Shown here: one piece after another, positions 43,628-52,484 of the stretch
Position numbering within the stretch: the first letter of the stretch is position 1
How the letters are laid out: every line of letters starts with the position of its first letter
Assembly (NCBI GenBank): GCA_038203875.1
Contig: JBBRDN010000001.1
Location: 2,472 to 66,471, forward strand
DNA from: Verrucomicrobiota bacterium
GTDB lineage: Bacteria > Verrucomicrobiota > Verrucomicrobiia > Limisphaerales > CANJSG01
Direction of reading: 5' to 3'
Length of the DNA stretch: 64,000 nt
Notes under the pieces: generated by a model
Told to the model about the DNA's origin: nothing
What the model saw: the letters and a program-made list of their open reading frames with translations, nothing else
Databases searched by the model: none
Made by a program: the position numbers and the translations under genes

Positions 43628-44281
43628 ATGCACCTCGAAGCACACGCGCTCCTTGGCTGGGCCATTGCCAACATGGTGAAGGGCGATCGACACACCCGTG
43701 TCTGGTGCGTCGCGGCGGCTTCGGTGCCGGATCTGGATGCGTTGACCTACCTGGCTGGAGCGGATGCCTACCGCGACTGGCATCACACTTTCGGGCACAA
43801 CGTTTTTCTCTGGGGCATCATGACCGCGCTGGCGTTTTGGAAACTGGGACGGCCACTCGGCGCGTTGATGGTGGGGATCAGCTTTGGCAGTCATCTTCTG
43901 ACCGACTTCTACTTCAGCGGTTGGAGGCTCTACCTGTTCTGGCCTCTCAGCCGCAGCGGCTACGTCTCGCAGCATTCGGTGGATCTGGGGAACTGGATCA
44001 ACCTTGCCCTGATCTACGGGCTGATCGGCGTCGCGTTCCTCATCGCGCTGTGGCGAAAGCGGACCCCGATCGAACTCTTCTCGCCGGCTTTAGACTCGCT
44101 AGTGATTTCGGTCCTTCGCCCCAAGACGTCGGTCTGCGGAGACTGCTCCCAGCCTTCAAACTTGGATTGCGCCCGCTGCGGTTCGCCCGTCTGTGCGAAG
44201 CACGCGCGGGTTGGGAAACGCTTTCGCGTCGAATGTCTCAAGTGCGGGCAAGCCAAGTCGGCAAGTTCCACTCCAATCTGA
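43628..44281 (+). CDS. Membrane-bound metal-dependent hydrolase (YdjM/DUF457-like) with C-terminal zinc ribbon
   Basis: MHLEAHALLGW...PDLDAL...WHHTFGHN pattern of DUF457. C-terminal CGDC...CARCGSPVC...CLKC. Confidence 0.7.
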   Translation: MHLEAHALLGWAIANMVKGDRHTRVWCVAAASVPDLDALTYLAGADAYRDWHHTFGHNVFLWGIMTALAFWKLGRPLGALMVGISFGSHLLTDFYFSGWRLYLFWPLSRSGYVSQHSVDLGNWINLALIYGLIGVAFLIALWRKRTPIELFSPALDSLVISVLRPKTSVCGDCSQPSNLDCARCGSPVCAKHARVGKRFRVECLKCGQAKSASSTPI

Positions 44282-44284
44282 ACG

Positions 44285-45238
44285 TCACTTCGGCCACGGG
44301 CAGCGGAACAGCGTCGGGCGGATGTCCAGCGGGTGCGCCTTGCGGCCGAGGCCGTTGTTGTCCGTCACCATCCAGAATCCACCGGCGTCCACGGCGAGGC
44401 CCTCCATGTTGCCGGTGTTGAAGCGCGTCAGGTAGGCGAACTCCGGATCACGTTCGCAGGCAGACCAGTCGTATTCCGCCACGACCCTCTTGGTCGCCGG
44501 ATCGACTTCCAGGATCTGCGCGCGGCTGCGGACGAGGATGAATAGATGGCCCTTGTAGGCGGCGAGATCGGAGAAGTGGGCCTCGTTGATCAACGGCACG
44601 TTGTAGGTCGGGCAGAAATCGTCGATGACCTTCAGCGTCCCAAGGTCCACCACGATGATGCGCGGCAGGCTGCGTTCATTGGCGACGAAGAGGTGGTTGC
44701 CGATGACCGCCACGCCCTCGAAGGATGCGTTGCCGTCCTTCGGATCGAAATACTTCGCGACCGGCGACCAGTCGATGGCGAGCCGTTCCAACGACGATCC
44801 ATCCGGGCTCATGTGGAGAATCCAGCGGTTGGCCTCCTCGCAGATGTAGATGCGGCCTTGGTCGTCGCGGGTCAGGCCCTCTATGTCGTAGCGGTCGATC
44901 TTGTCCTTGTTGAAGGGCGCAAGCTGCGCCGGCTTCAGGAACTGCGGCAGGACAGTGAGGCTGGCGGTGTGGGTGCCCTTCGGGAAATCGATCCGGTAAA
45001 GGTTCGTGTGGTTGTCGCACAACGTCCACAGCTCGCCGTTCGGCTGGAGCATTAGCGCGGAGGAATCGAAACGCCCGTCGGCCGGAAGGTTGATCTGCCA
45101 TGCCGCGGATGGCTTTAGGACGAAGCGTTGCGGCGCTGGAGGGTTGGTCTCCTGCGCGGAGGTCCGGCAGCCGGTGGCGTCGAAAGCCAACAGGCAAAGG
45201 AATGCGAGGCTAGGAAGGTTCTTGAGCGACGATTTCAA
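44285..45238 (-). CDS. Lipoprotein, beta-propeller-like (SdiA-regulated/phytase-like family suspected)
   Basis: Lipobox LAFDATGC. Repeated blade-like segments. The family assignment is tentative. Confidence 0.55.
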   Translation of the reverse strand: MKSSLKNLPSLAFLCLLAFDATGCRTSAQETNPPAPQRFVLKPSAAWQINLPADGRFDSSALMLQPNGELWTLCDNHTNLYRIDFPKGTHTASLTVLPQFLKPAQLAPFNKDKIDRYDIEGLTRDDQGRIYICEEANRWILHMSPDGSSLERLAIDWSPVAKYFDPKDGNASFEGVAVIGNHLFVANERSLPRIIVVDLGTLKVIDDFCPTYNVPLINEAHFSDLAAYKGHLFILVRSRAQILEVDPATKRVVAEYDWSACERDPEFAYLTRFNTGNMEGLAVDAGGFWMVTDNNGLGRKAHPLDIRPTLFRCPWPK

Positions 45239-45257
45239 CGCGGAAGAGGCAACGGCA

Positions 45258-47321
45258 TCAGAAAGGGGAGTTGTTGTGCGGACGGAGATTCCATTCCTCC
45301 AGCAGATGCTTCGGGATCTCGCCTAGGAAACGCGACGGTTGCTGGAAGACATCGCCGGTCATGCCCGGCGTGAAACGCATCAGCGGATAGGTCAGATAGA
45401 GTTCGTTCTTCGCGCGCGTCACGGCCACGTAGAAAAGCCTGCGCTCCTCCTCTTCGCCGTCGGTGCTGTCGGAGGAACGGCCGGAGGGGAACATCCCGTC
45501 GCAGAGCATGATGACGAAGACGATGTCGAACTCGAGGCCCTTGGCCTGGTGGACGGTGGAAAGCTTGAGCTGCTCCTGGTCGCGAGAGGCGGCGGCGGAT
45601 TCGGAGGACTCCACGTTCGTCATCAGCGCGAGCTGGCTGAGAAATTCGTCGAGCGACTCGAAACGCTCTGCGAATTCGGCCAACTGCTTCACGTCTTCAA
45701 GGCGCTGGCGGTAGTTCGGGAACTCTTCCTTCAAGTAGTCCTCGTAAACCGCGAGCAGGATCAGGGCGATCATCTTGCCGGGCTTGCTCCGGACGTCCGG
45801 CGCTTCGATCTGCGACATCGTGGCGGTGAACTGGGCCCACGCGACGGCAGCTTTCTTCGGCACGAGGTTGGAGAGACGCGCAAGGGCGACGGCGAGGGCC
45901 GGACGCTGCGGGGCAGGAAGGGCGGTGGCCGCGTTCATCTCCGTGATTACGTCGACGCGGTTCATTGCGGCGAAGAGCGCCTCCCAGAGCTTCTCCGCCG
46001 CCTTGCCGCCGATGCCAGGAAGCATCCGGGCGAGTCGCTTGAACGCGAGTTCGTCCTTCGGGTTCGACACCATCCGGAGAAAGGCGGCGATGTCCTTGAT
46101 GTGCGCCTGCTCGAAGAAGCGGATGCCGCTGGTGATGGAGAAAGGGATGTGCCGCCGCGTCAGTTCCAACTGCAGTTCCAGCGCGTGGAAGTGCGAGCGG
46201 TAAAGCACGGCGATGTCGTTCAAACTCACGCCCTCGTCGCGGAGTTCGAGCACGCGCTGGCAGATGAAGCCGGCCTGCTCGCTGCCGTCGTTGCACGGGA
46301 TGAGCGCCGGCTTCAGCCCGGACGCACGCGCGGCATTCAGGACTTTTTTGAACTGCTGGGTGTTCGGCGCGATGACGGCGTTGGCCACTTCGAGGATCTC
46401 CGGCGTGCTCCGGTAGTTGGTCTCGATCCGGTGGACGGACGCGCCGGGGTAGCGCTCGGGGAACTTCAGGATGTTTTGGAAGTTGGCTCCGCGCCACGCG
46501 TAGATGCTCTGCGCGTCGTCGCCCACGACGGTGAGGTTTCGATGGCCGGCGGCGAGCACTTCGATGATCTCGCTCTGGAGCGAGTTCGTGTCCTGATACT
46601 CGTCGACGAGGATGAACTGGAAGCGGCGTTGGTAGACCTCGCGGACTTCGGCGTGGTCGCGCAGGAGCTTCAGCCAAAGCACGAGCAGGTCATCGAAGTC
46701 CATGCCGTTGGCCGCACGCTTGCGCTCGATGTAGAGCCGGGCGACGCGTTCGATCTCGGGCGCGAGGTGGGCGAAGTATTCGTAGAACTGGCCGAGCGTT
46801 TCGGCGATGGACTTCCTCGTGTTGACGCTCATCGAGAAAATGTCGCCGAGCACATCCGCCTTTGGGAACCGCGTCTCCTTCGTGTCGATCTTGGACTCGG
46901 CGAGGCAGGTGGTGATCAGGTCCTTCGCGTCCTCACGGTCGAGGATGGAGAAGTCGGAAGTGAAGCCGAGCAGGGCCGCGTGTTGGCGGAGCATGCGGTT
47001 ACCGATGCTGTGGAAGGTGCCGCCCCAGAGCGCGCGCAGCTCGGTGCCAAGCAGGTCTGTCACACGCCGCATCATCTCGCGCGCGGCCTTGTTGGTGAAG
47101 GTCAGCAGGAGAATCCGTTCCGGGGCGATGCCCTGTTCCAGCAAGAAGGCCACGCGGTAAGTGAGCGTGCGTGTCTTGCCCGAGCCGGCCCCGGCGATGA
47201 TGAGCGACGGCCCCTGCGGTGACATCACGGCGGCCAGCTGCTGCGGATTCAGCTCCCCGGCGTAGTCGATCTGGAGATCGGCCGGAGCCTGGGTGTTGTG
47301 CAGCACGTAGTCCCGGGACAT
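45258..47321 (-). CDS. ATP-dependent DNA helicase, UvrD/PcrA/Rep family
   Basis: Walker A AGAGSGKT, motif II VDEYQDTN, and VGDDAQSIYAWRGA. Confidence 0.9.
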   Translation of the reverse strand: MSRDYVLHNTQAPADLQIDYAGELNPQQLAAVMSPQGPSLIIAGAGSGKTRTLTYRVAFLLEQGIAPERILLLTFTNKAAREMMRRVTDLLGTELRALWGGTFHSIGNRMLRQHAALLGFTSDFSILDREDAKDLITTCLAESKIDTKETRFPKADVLGDIFSMSVNTRKSIAETLGQFYEYFAHLAPEIERVARLYIERKRAANGMDFDDLLVLWLKLLRDHAEVREVYQRRFQFILVDEYQDTNSLQSEIIEVLAAGHRNLTVVGDDAQSIYAWRGANFQNILKFPERYPGASVHRIETNYRSTPEILEVANAVIAPNTQQFKKVLNAARASGLKPALIPCNDGSEQAGFICQRVLELRDEGVSLNDIAVLYRSHFHALELQLELTRRHIPFSITSGIRFFEQAHIKDIAAFLRMVSNPKDELAFKRLARMLPGIGGKAAEKLWEALFAAMNRVDVITEMNAATALPAPQRPALAVALARLSNLVPKKAAVAWAQFTATMSQIEAPDVRSKPGKMIALILLAVYEDYLKEEFPNYRQRLEDVKQLAEFAERFESLDEFLSQLALMTNVESSESAAASRDQEQLKLSTVHQAKGLEFDIVFVIMLCDGMFPSGRSSDSTDGEEEERRLFYVAVTRAKNELYLTYPLMRFTPGMTGDVFQQPSRFLGEIPKHLLEEWNLRPHNNSPF

Positions 47322-47440
47322 GGCGGCGATTCAACGGCCCGCCCGGAAAAAGGGAATGCTGAATCCGGAGAACGAAGCCCCGGGGCCGACGGGGAAGTTG
47401 AACCGCACCTCTTGGCCGGGTGGGAACGCCTAGTCACGCC

Positions 47441-48328
47441 CTACACGTCGCACAGCTTAACCGCTTCGTTCAACGAGGCGACCTTGTCGCGGAGGGGGAT
47501 GAACTCCTGGCCGACGAAGCCGTCGTATTTCACCTCGAGCAGCGACTTCATGATGGGCGGGTAGTTGATCTCCTGCGTGTCGTCGATCTCGTTGCGGCCG
47601 GGATTGCCGGCGGTGTGGACGTGGCCGATCCAAGCCTTGTGCTGGCGGATGCGGCTGATGACGTCGCCGTGCATGATCTGGACGTGGTAGATGTCGAAGA
47701 GGACCTTGAGCCGGGGTGAACCGATGCGTTTGCAGATCTCGACGGAGCGTTCGATGTCGTCACAGAAGTAATCCGGGTGGCCCTTCATGGTGGTGGCCAC
47801 CTTGGAGTTCAGCATCTCCAGGCAGAGAGTGACCTTCTTCTCCTCCGCATACCCGACGATCTGCTTCAGTCCATCGACCATGTTCTTCATGCCCTCTTGG
47901 TCGCTCAGGCCGCGGCGGAAACCGGAAAAGGTGATTACGGAATAGAATCCGGCGGCGGCCGTGGCATCGATGCTCTTGCGCAGGCTGGCGAGGCATTCGG
48001 GCCACTCTTCCTTGTGAGCGAAACCCTTGGCGAATCCGTGGCTGCCGGTGAGGGCGCAGACGAGACCGAGTTCCTTGAGCAGCGGGAAATTCTCGGGTCC
48101 GGTCAGCTCGACCGACTTGAGTCCCATGGCGGCGGAGTGTTTCGCGAGCTCGGCCACGGGCATCGGGTTGAAGCACCATGGGATGACGGACTGTTTGATC
48201 CGGCCGTTCTTGGCGACGTAGAGCGGTTCGGCGGCCGAAGCTTTTGACGACAGAATGGCGGGTGCGGCGGCTAGGGCGGCGGCGGATTTTTTCATCCAGT
48301 GGCGGCGTGAAGAAGGTTGTGGGCTCAT
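47441..48328 (-). CDS. Xylose-isomerase-like TIM-barrel protein (hydroxypyruvate isomerase/sugar phosphate isomerase family), Tat-exported
   Basis: Twin-arginine leader SRRHWMKKSAAALAAAP. The TIM-barrel family pattern ends ...GHVHTAGNPGRNEID. Confidence 0.8.
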   Translation of the reverse strand: MSPQPSSRRHWMKKSAAALAAAPAILSSKASAAEPLYVAKNGRIKQSVIPWCFNPMPVAELAKHSAAMGLKSVELTGPENFPLLKELGLVCALTGSHGFAKGFAHKEEWPECLASLRKSIDATAAAGFYSVITFSGFRRGLSDQEGMKNMVDGLKQIVGYAEEKKVTLCLEMLNSKVATTMKGHPDYFCDDIERSVEICKRIGSPRLKVLFDIYHVQIMHGDVISRIRQHKAWIGHVHTAGNPGRNEIDDTQEINYPPIMKSLLEVKYDGFVGQEFIPLRDKVASLNEAVKLCDV

Positions 48329-48502
48329 GGCGGGGAGATGCTGGTGGAAGCCAGCCAAGCCGCCCCTCCCCTGACAAGTCCCGTTGCCGGAAAAGATTTG
48401 GGGCCGGATCCACAATGGGCCTCGGTTCCTCCAAGTGCCCACGGCAAACCCGGCCCCTGCCTTCAACCCATCCGCACCACACAGTGCAGCGGGAGATCCT
48501 GT

Positions 48503-48796
48503 TCAGCTCATCCAGTTGCGGACCAGCTCGACGAAGTTCGACCAGCCACCGCCGAAAAGCTTCAACGCGTCGGCCATATACCAGACAGCCGCCGCCGCGA
48601 CGGCCCCGAAGATCACGAACAACATCTTGTCACCCGCGCTTCCCGTCCTCAGCTCGGCCTCGGCTTCGGCCCGGGTGGCCAAGAGCGACCTTGCTTCCGG
48701 GCTGAGCGGCTTCTGCGGCCGGGCATCGGCCGTGTCCGGCTGTCCGGGTGCCGAGATCGGCCCGTAGATCTTCGGCAGTGTCGTCGTCGTTTGCAT
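48503..48796 (-). CDS. Possible small membrane protein
   Basis: Single TM helix (MLFVIFGAVAAAAVWYMA). The start is taken at MQTTTT. Coding status is uncertain. Confidence 0.35.
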   Translation of the reverse strand: MQTTTTLPKIYGPISAPGQPDTADARPQKPLSPEARSLLATRAEAEAELRTGSAGDKMLFVIFGAVAAAAVWYMADALKLFGGGWSNFVELVRNWMS

Positions 48797-48964
48797 GGTC
48801 GTTCCCGTTCTTGCTCTCGTTCGCCATGTCTTACCCGCGACGACGACCTGGAGTTTCAACTATTCAGCGGCACGGTGGAGGATTCTTGTGTGACGAACTG
48901 GTTTCTTTTCGTGGCGGAACCGCAACGGGTTGCCCCGGACGGCCGGGAGTCCTAGCGTCGCCGC

Positions 48965-49699
48965 TTGCCAACTGAGCCGAACACGATGGTCCCCGCGAAA
49001 TCCGGTCCGGTGTCCGGATGTCGCTCCGCCGTGTCGGTTGTGATCCCCACCTGGAACGAGGCGGAAGAACTGCCTGAGACCCTCCGCAGGCTGGGGGCTG
49101 CTGACGGGATCCATGAAATCATCGTCGCCGATGGCGGAAGTGCCGATGCGACCCGAGCGGTCGCCGAATCGGCGGGCGCCCGATGGCTTGAAGCTCCACG
49201 GGGTCGTGGTGGGCAGCTGCGGGCCGGCTGCGCGGCGGCGACGGGCGACGTAGTCGTCATGTTGCACGCGGACACTTGGGTTCCACGGAACTTCGCTGAA
49301 GCGGTCCACCAAAGCCTCGCGAAAGCGGATGTGGTTGGGGGAGGATTCTGGAAAGTCTTCCGGCGTCCGACATTGCTGATGCGCGGGTCGCGGTTGAAAT
49401 GCTGGCTGCGACTCAAAGCGGGTGGTCTCGTGCTTGGAGACCAGGGGATCTTCGTGCGGCGCGAAGTCCTTGAGAGGATTGGTGGAGTGCCGGATCTGGC
49501 GATCATGGAGGAGTTCGAGCTCTGTCGGCGGCTGCGAGACGAAGGGCGGCTTGTCCTCGCGCCGGCGACCGTCGTGACATCGGAACGGCGCTTCCGGCAG
49601 TTGGGCGTATTGCGCACCTACGCGCGGATGTGGCGGGTCAGCCTCGCGTATCGTGCGGGTGTCCCACCAGACGAACTGAAACGGATATACGAACGGTAA
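48965..49699 (+). CDS. Family-2 glycosyltransferase
   Basis: VVIPTWNEAEEL...IIVADGGSADAT (GT-A fold with DxD-type region). Confidence 0.8.
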   Translation: MPTEPNTMVPAKSGPVSGCRSAVSVVIPTWNEAEELPETLRRLGAADGIHEIIVADGGSADATRAVAESAGARWLEAPRGRGGQLRAGCAAATGDVVVMLHADTWVPRNFAEAVHQSLAKADVVGGGFWKVFRRPTLLMRGSRLKCWLRLKAGGLVLGDQGIFVRREVLERIGGVPDLAIMEEFELCRRLRDEGRLVLAPATVVTSERRFRQLGVLRTYARMWRVSLAYRAGVPPDELKRIYER

Positions 49700-49763
49700 C
49701 GGTGATGAGGACTCGATGGCGCGGGGTTGCACGTCGCCGTCCAGCGGAGAACGATTGGGCGGA

Positions 49764-50495
49764 ATGGCGAACAAGTTCTACCAGCCGGGAACCGAGCGGG
49801 CGCAGAAGGTCAACGACCTCTTCGCCGCCTTAGCCCCGCGCTACGATCTGATCAACGACCTGCAGAGCTTCGGGCTGCATCGCTGGTGGAAGCGCCGGAT
49901 GCTTTCATTGGCGGAGGTCTCACCCGGGAATGCGGCGTTGGATCTTTGCTGCGGCACAGGCGACGTGGCCTTCGCCCTCACGAAACGAGGGGCCAAGGTG
50001 GTCGGTTTGGACTTCAGCGAACCAATGTTGGCCGTGGCGCGCCGCCGCGGCGACAGCCGGACGGCGGAAGGAAAAGTTGCTCCGGAGTTTCTCCAAGGCG
50101 ACGCGATGAACCTCCCGTTCGCCGATGCGAGCTTCGACGTGGTGACGATGAGCTACGGGCTTCGCAATCTGGCGGATTGGGATCGTGGATTGAAGGAGAT
50201 GTTCCGTGTGGCCAAACCGGGCGGACGCATCCTGGTCCTCGATTTCGGCAAGCCGGATGACCCGTGGCTGCGTGCGGCCTACTTCGCCTATCTTGGTCGG
50301 CTAGTGCCGGTCTTCGGCCGCGCCTTCTGCGGCGATGCGGATACGCACGGCTACATCCTGGAATCGCTGCGGGCGTTCCCGGCGCAGCGCGGCATCGAGT
50401 CCCGCATGCGCGATCTGGACGGCCGCGCGGTCCGCGTGGTGAACCTGCTCGGCGGGGTCATGGGCATCAACATGGCCGTGAAACGGATTGGATGA
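49764..50495 (+). CDS. ubiE: Demethylmenaquinone/ubiquinone C-methyltransferase
   Basis: YDLINDLQSFGLHRWWKR, SAM motif LDLCCGTGD, and YGLRN. Confidence 0.9.
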   Translation: MANKFYQPGTERAQKVNDLFAALAPRYDLINDLQSFGLHRWWKRRMLSLAEVSPGNAALDLCCGTGDVAFALTKRGAKVVGLDFSEPMLAVARRRGDSRTAEGKVAPEFLQGDAMNLPFADASFDVVTMSYGLRNLADWDRGLKEMFRVAKPGGRILVLDFGKPDDPWLRAAYFAYLGRLVPVFGRAFCGDADTHGYILESLRAFPAQRGIESRMRDLDGRAVRVVNLLGGVMGINMAVKRIG

Positions 50496-50583
50496 CGAAG
50501 TCGGAACGGCAAATTCCGAAGGACGACGGAGACCTGAATTCTACTTGGCCTTCGCGCTTCGGAGTTCCGCCGAACAGGCGGCG

Positions 50584-51051
50584 TCAGTAACGCGATTTCT
50601 TGCGCGGCTGATATCTGCCGTGGCCGGAGAGCGTGTAGTTCGTGCCGTTGATCCACGGCTGTTCCTGCAGATCGAGCTTGAGCGTCCGGGGGAGAAGTTC
50701 GATCTCGTGACCGAGCAGGTTAAAGGTCAGCGCGCCGGGCAGGAAGGTGCCATCGAAGTAGGGCATCTCGCCGAAGGCCGGAGTGTTCGTCGTGTTGAAG
50801 AAACGGACGAGCGTCGAGGGCGGCCGGTTGGTCAGGGTTTTGTCCGAGACGCGGATGGTGACGTTCGAGATGCCAAGGGCTTCCTGCGAGATCGTCAGGG
50901 CCGGGTGGCCGGCTTCGTCGGTGGCGAAGGCCACGTTCCACGGTCCCTTCACGACACGGCGATGCTCGAGCCAGCTGAAACCCACCACATAGATGATCAG
51001 GGTCACGACGAAAACCGCGACGACCTGCTTGCCAACGCCTTCCGAATTCAC
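50584..51051 (-). CDS. Hypothetical membrane-anchored protein
   Basis: 155 aa with an N-terminal TM helix (VVAVFVVTLIIYVVGF). No motif recognised. Confidence 0.5.
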   Translation of the reverse strand: MNSEGVGKQVVAVFVVTLIIYVVGFSWLEHRRVVKGPWNVAFATDEAGHPALTISQEALGISNVTIRVSDKTLTNRPPSTLVRFFNTTNTPAFGEMPYFDGTFLPGALTFNLLGHEIELLPRTLKLDLQEQPWINGTNYTLSGHGRYQPRKKSRY

Positions 51052-51194
51052 CCGCGGACTGTTGGTGCGGAGGTGCCACCCGTCAAGCCACCTGCCAAAG
51101 CCGGATTGACTCGGGAATCGGTTCTGACGCTAAAACGTGGTTCTGCTGATGCGGAGCGCCCTCTCTCCACGGTTCTTCCGGGCGGTCCAGATTC

Positions 51195-51524
51195 ATGAGC
51201 GAAAACAGACTCTTCGGGAGAAATCTGTCCTACTAGGCACTTAAAAACGTCCTGACCTACCTTTTCTCACAGGTCGGCTCTGTCGCGTCGGTCAACCTGA
51301 TGTTCGACAAGTTCACCGGAAAATCACGCGGCTTCGCCTTTGTGGAGTTCTCCTCCGCCGACGAAGCGACCAAGGCGGTCGAAATGTTCCACAACGATTA
51401 ATTCCAAGGCCGGCCCCTGAGGGTCAATGTCGCGCGCCTCCCGGAGGAATACCCCCCGCGTGAAGGCAGCTACCGTGATGGTCGGGGCGGAGATCGTGGT
51501 TCGCGAGGAGGCGAAGGCTTCTGA
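51195..51524 (+). pseudogene. RRM-type RNA-binding protein gene interrupted by two in-frame stop codons
   Basis: A single frame reads MSENRLFGRNLSY-TAG-ALKNVLTYLFSQVGSVASVNLMFDKFTGKSRGFAFVEFSSADEATKAVEMFHND-TAA-FQGRPLRVNVARLPEE...RGG-rich tail-TGA. RNP1 (RGFAFVEF) is intact. Stops are at 51234..51236 and 51399..51401. Confidence 0.65.
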
Positions 51525-51554
51525 GGCCCATTCGACCGTTGGATGATTTTGCAA

Positions 51555-51587
51555 AACGGACCCGGGGAACGGTCCGTTCTGCGTTTA
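51555..51587 (+). terminator. Possible terminator after the RRM gene
   Basis: AACGGACC-8 nt loop-GGTCCGTT followed by CTGCGTTTA (weak U-tract). Confidence 0.35.
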
Positions 51588-51600
51588 AGGGAATATCGGT

Positions 51601-51630
51601 TTGACACTTCCAAGCCGCGACAACTAGCGT
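51601..51630 (+). promoter_or_regulatory. Candidate sigma70-type promoter
   Basis: TTGACA (51601), 18 nt spacer, then TAGCGT (TAnnnT). About 17 nt upstream of the 51648 start. Confidence 0.3.
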
Positions 51631-51647
51631 CCGCTTAAATAACCCGT

Positions 51648-52115
51648 ATGTCAGAGAACATTCCTTCTCCGTCCGGTGGCGCCGTGCCCCCCAAGCCTGC
51701 TGAAGCCAGCAAGGTTCAACCCAAGCAGGCTACTGTCCGTATCGCCCTCCCGCCCAAGCCGGCCGGTGGCGGTGCGACGATTCGTCTTCCAACGGCGGCG
51801 CCGGCCGCGCCTACTCCGGCGTCCGCAGGTGCTACGGTTCGCCTGCCGACGGCAGCTCCCGCATCTTCTTCCGCTCCGACCGCGCCCAAGCCGCCGGCTC
51901 CGAGCGCTACTCCGGCGTCCGTGTCCAGGCCCGCTCCGGCCCCGACGAAAACTGCCGCTCCGGTTGCTCCCGCTACCCAGAACAGGCAGTCCCGCCCCGC
52001 TTCGGCGTCAGTCTCCGGTCTCGACAAGGCGCTGAGCGTTGTCGCGATGGTGGCGGCTCTCGCCGGGCTTGGTGTGGTGGCTTACCTCGTCTGGGGTCTT
52101 CCGACGACGCTGTAA
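51648..52115 (+). CDS. Pro/Ala-rich protein with C-terminal membrane anchor
   Basis: Three tandem AT[VI]R[IL]..LP..AP motifs, low-complexity P/A/S/T sequence, and a C-terminal TM helix LSVVAMVAALAGLGVVAYLVW. Confidence 0.55.
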   Translation: MSENIPSPSGGAVPPKPAEASKVQPKQATVRIALPPKPAGGGATIRLPTAAPAAPTPASAGATVRLPTAAPASSSAPTAPKPPAPSATPASVSRPAPAPTKTAAPVAPATQNRQSRPASASVSGLDKALSVVAMVAALAGLGVVAYLVWGLPTTL

Positions 52116-52136
52116 CCGATCCCTGATCCTACTGCC

Positions 52137-52466
52137 ATGGCATCAGCGAACGTCCTCACCCTGACCAAGGAGAATTTCGACGCCGAAGTCATGAGGTCCA
52201 CCGTGCCGGTGCTCGTGGACTTTTGGGCAGAATGGTGTGGTCCGTGCAAGATGATTGCTCCCGTTCTCGACGAGATTGCGGCCGAATATCTCGGAAAAGC
52301 CAAGGTCGGGAAGATCAACGTCGACGAGCAGTTCGAGCTGGCCCAGAACTTCCGCGTCTCCTCGATCCCGATGCTGCTCGTGATCAAGAACGGCCAGGTC
52401 GTCGACCAGTTCGTCGGTGCCCGTCCGAAGTCCGAATTCAAAGCCAAGTTGGACAAGGCCCTTTGA
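52137..52466 (+). CDS. trxA: Thioredoxin
   Basis: 109 aa with VDFWAEWCGPCKMIAP. Confidence 0.95.
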   Translation: MASANVLTLTKENFDAEVMRSTVPVLVDFWAEWCGPCKMIAPVLDEIAAEYLGKAKVGKINVDEQFELAQNFRVSSIPMLLVIKNGQVVDQFVGARPKSEFKAKLDKAL

Positions 52467-52484
52467 CGTCGATGGAACGTCGCC

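Noticed and set aside
1396-47222. Many very long ORFs antisense to or overlapping the called genes, e.g. 1396..2673(-), 6672..8291(-), 11829..13517(-), 17115..19349(+), 27935..29347(+), 29344..30615(+), 33449..35257(-), 42307..43464(+), 45339..47222(+).
   Set aside because: Their translations are R/G/A/P/D-rich low-complexity sequence typical of shadow ORFs in high-GC DNA. Each lies opposite a gene with clear family motifs, and none shows a recognisable motif of its own.
51195-51524. Alternative genetic code or stop-codon reassignment as an explanation for the in-frame TAG and TAA in the RRM gene.
   Set aside because: TAA, TAG and TGA all terminate well-defined genes elsewhere in the window (for example TAA for the sulfatase and GHMP kinase, TGA for the cupin). 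Both a TAG and a TAA would need reassignment, so a pseudogene or sequencing error is more parsimonious.
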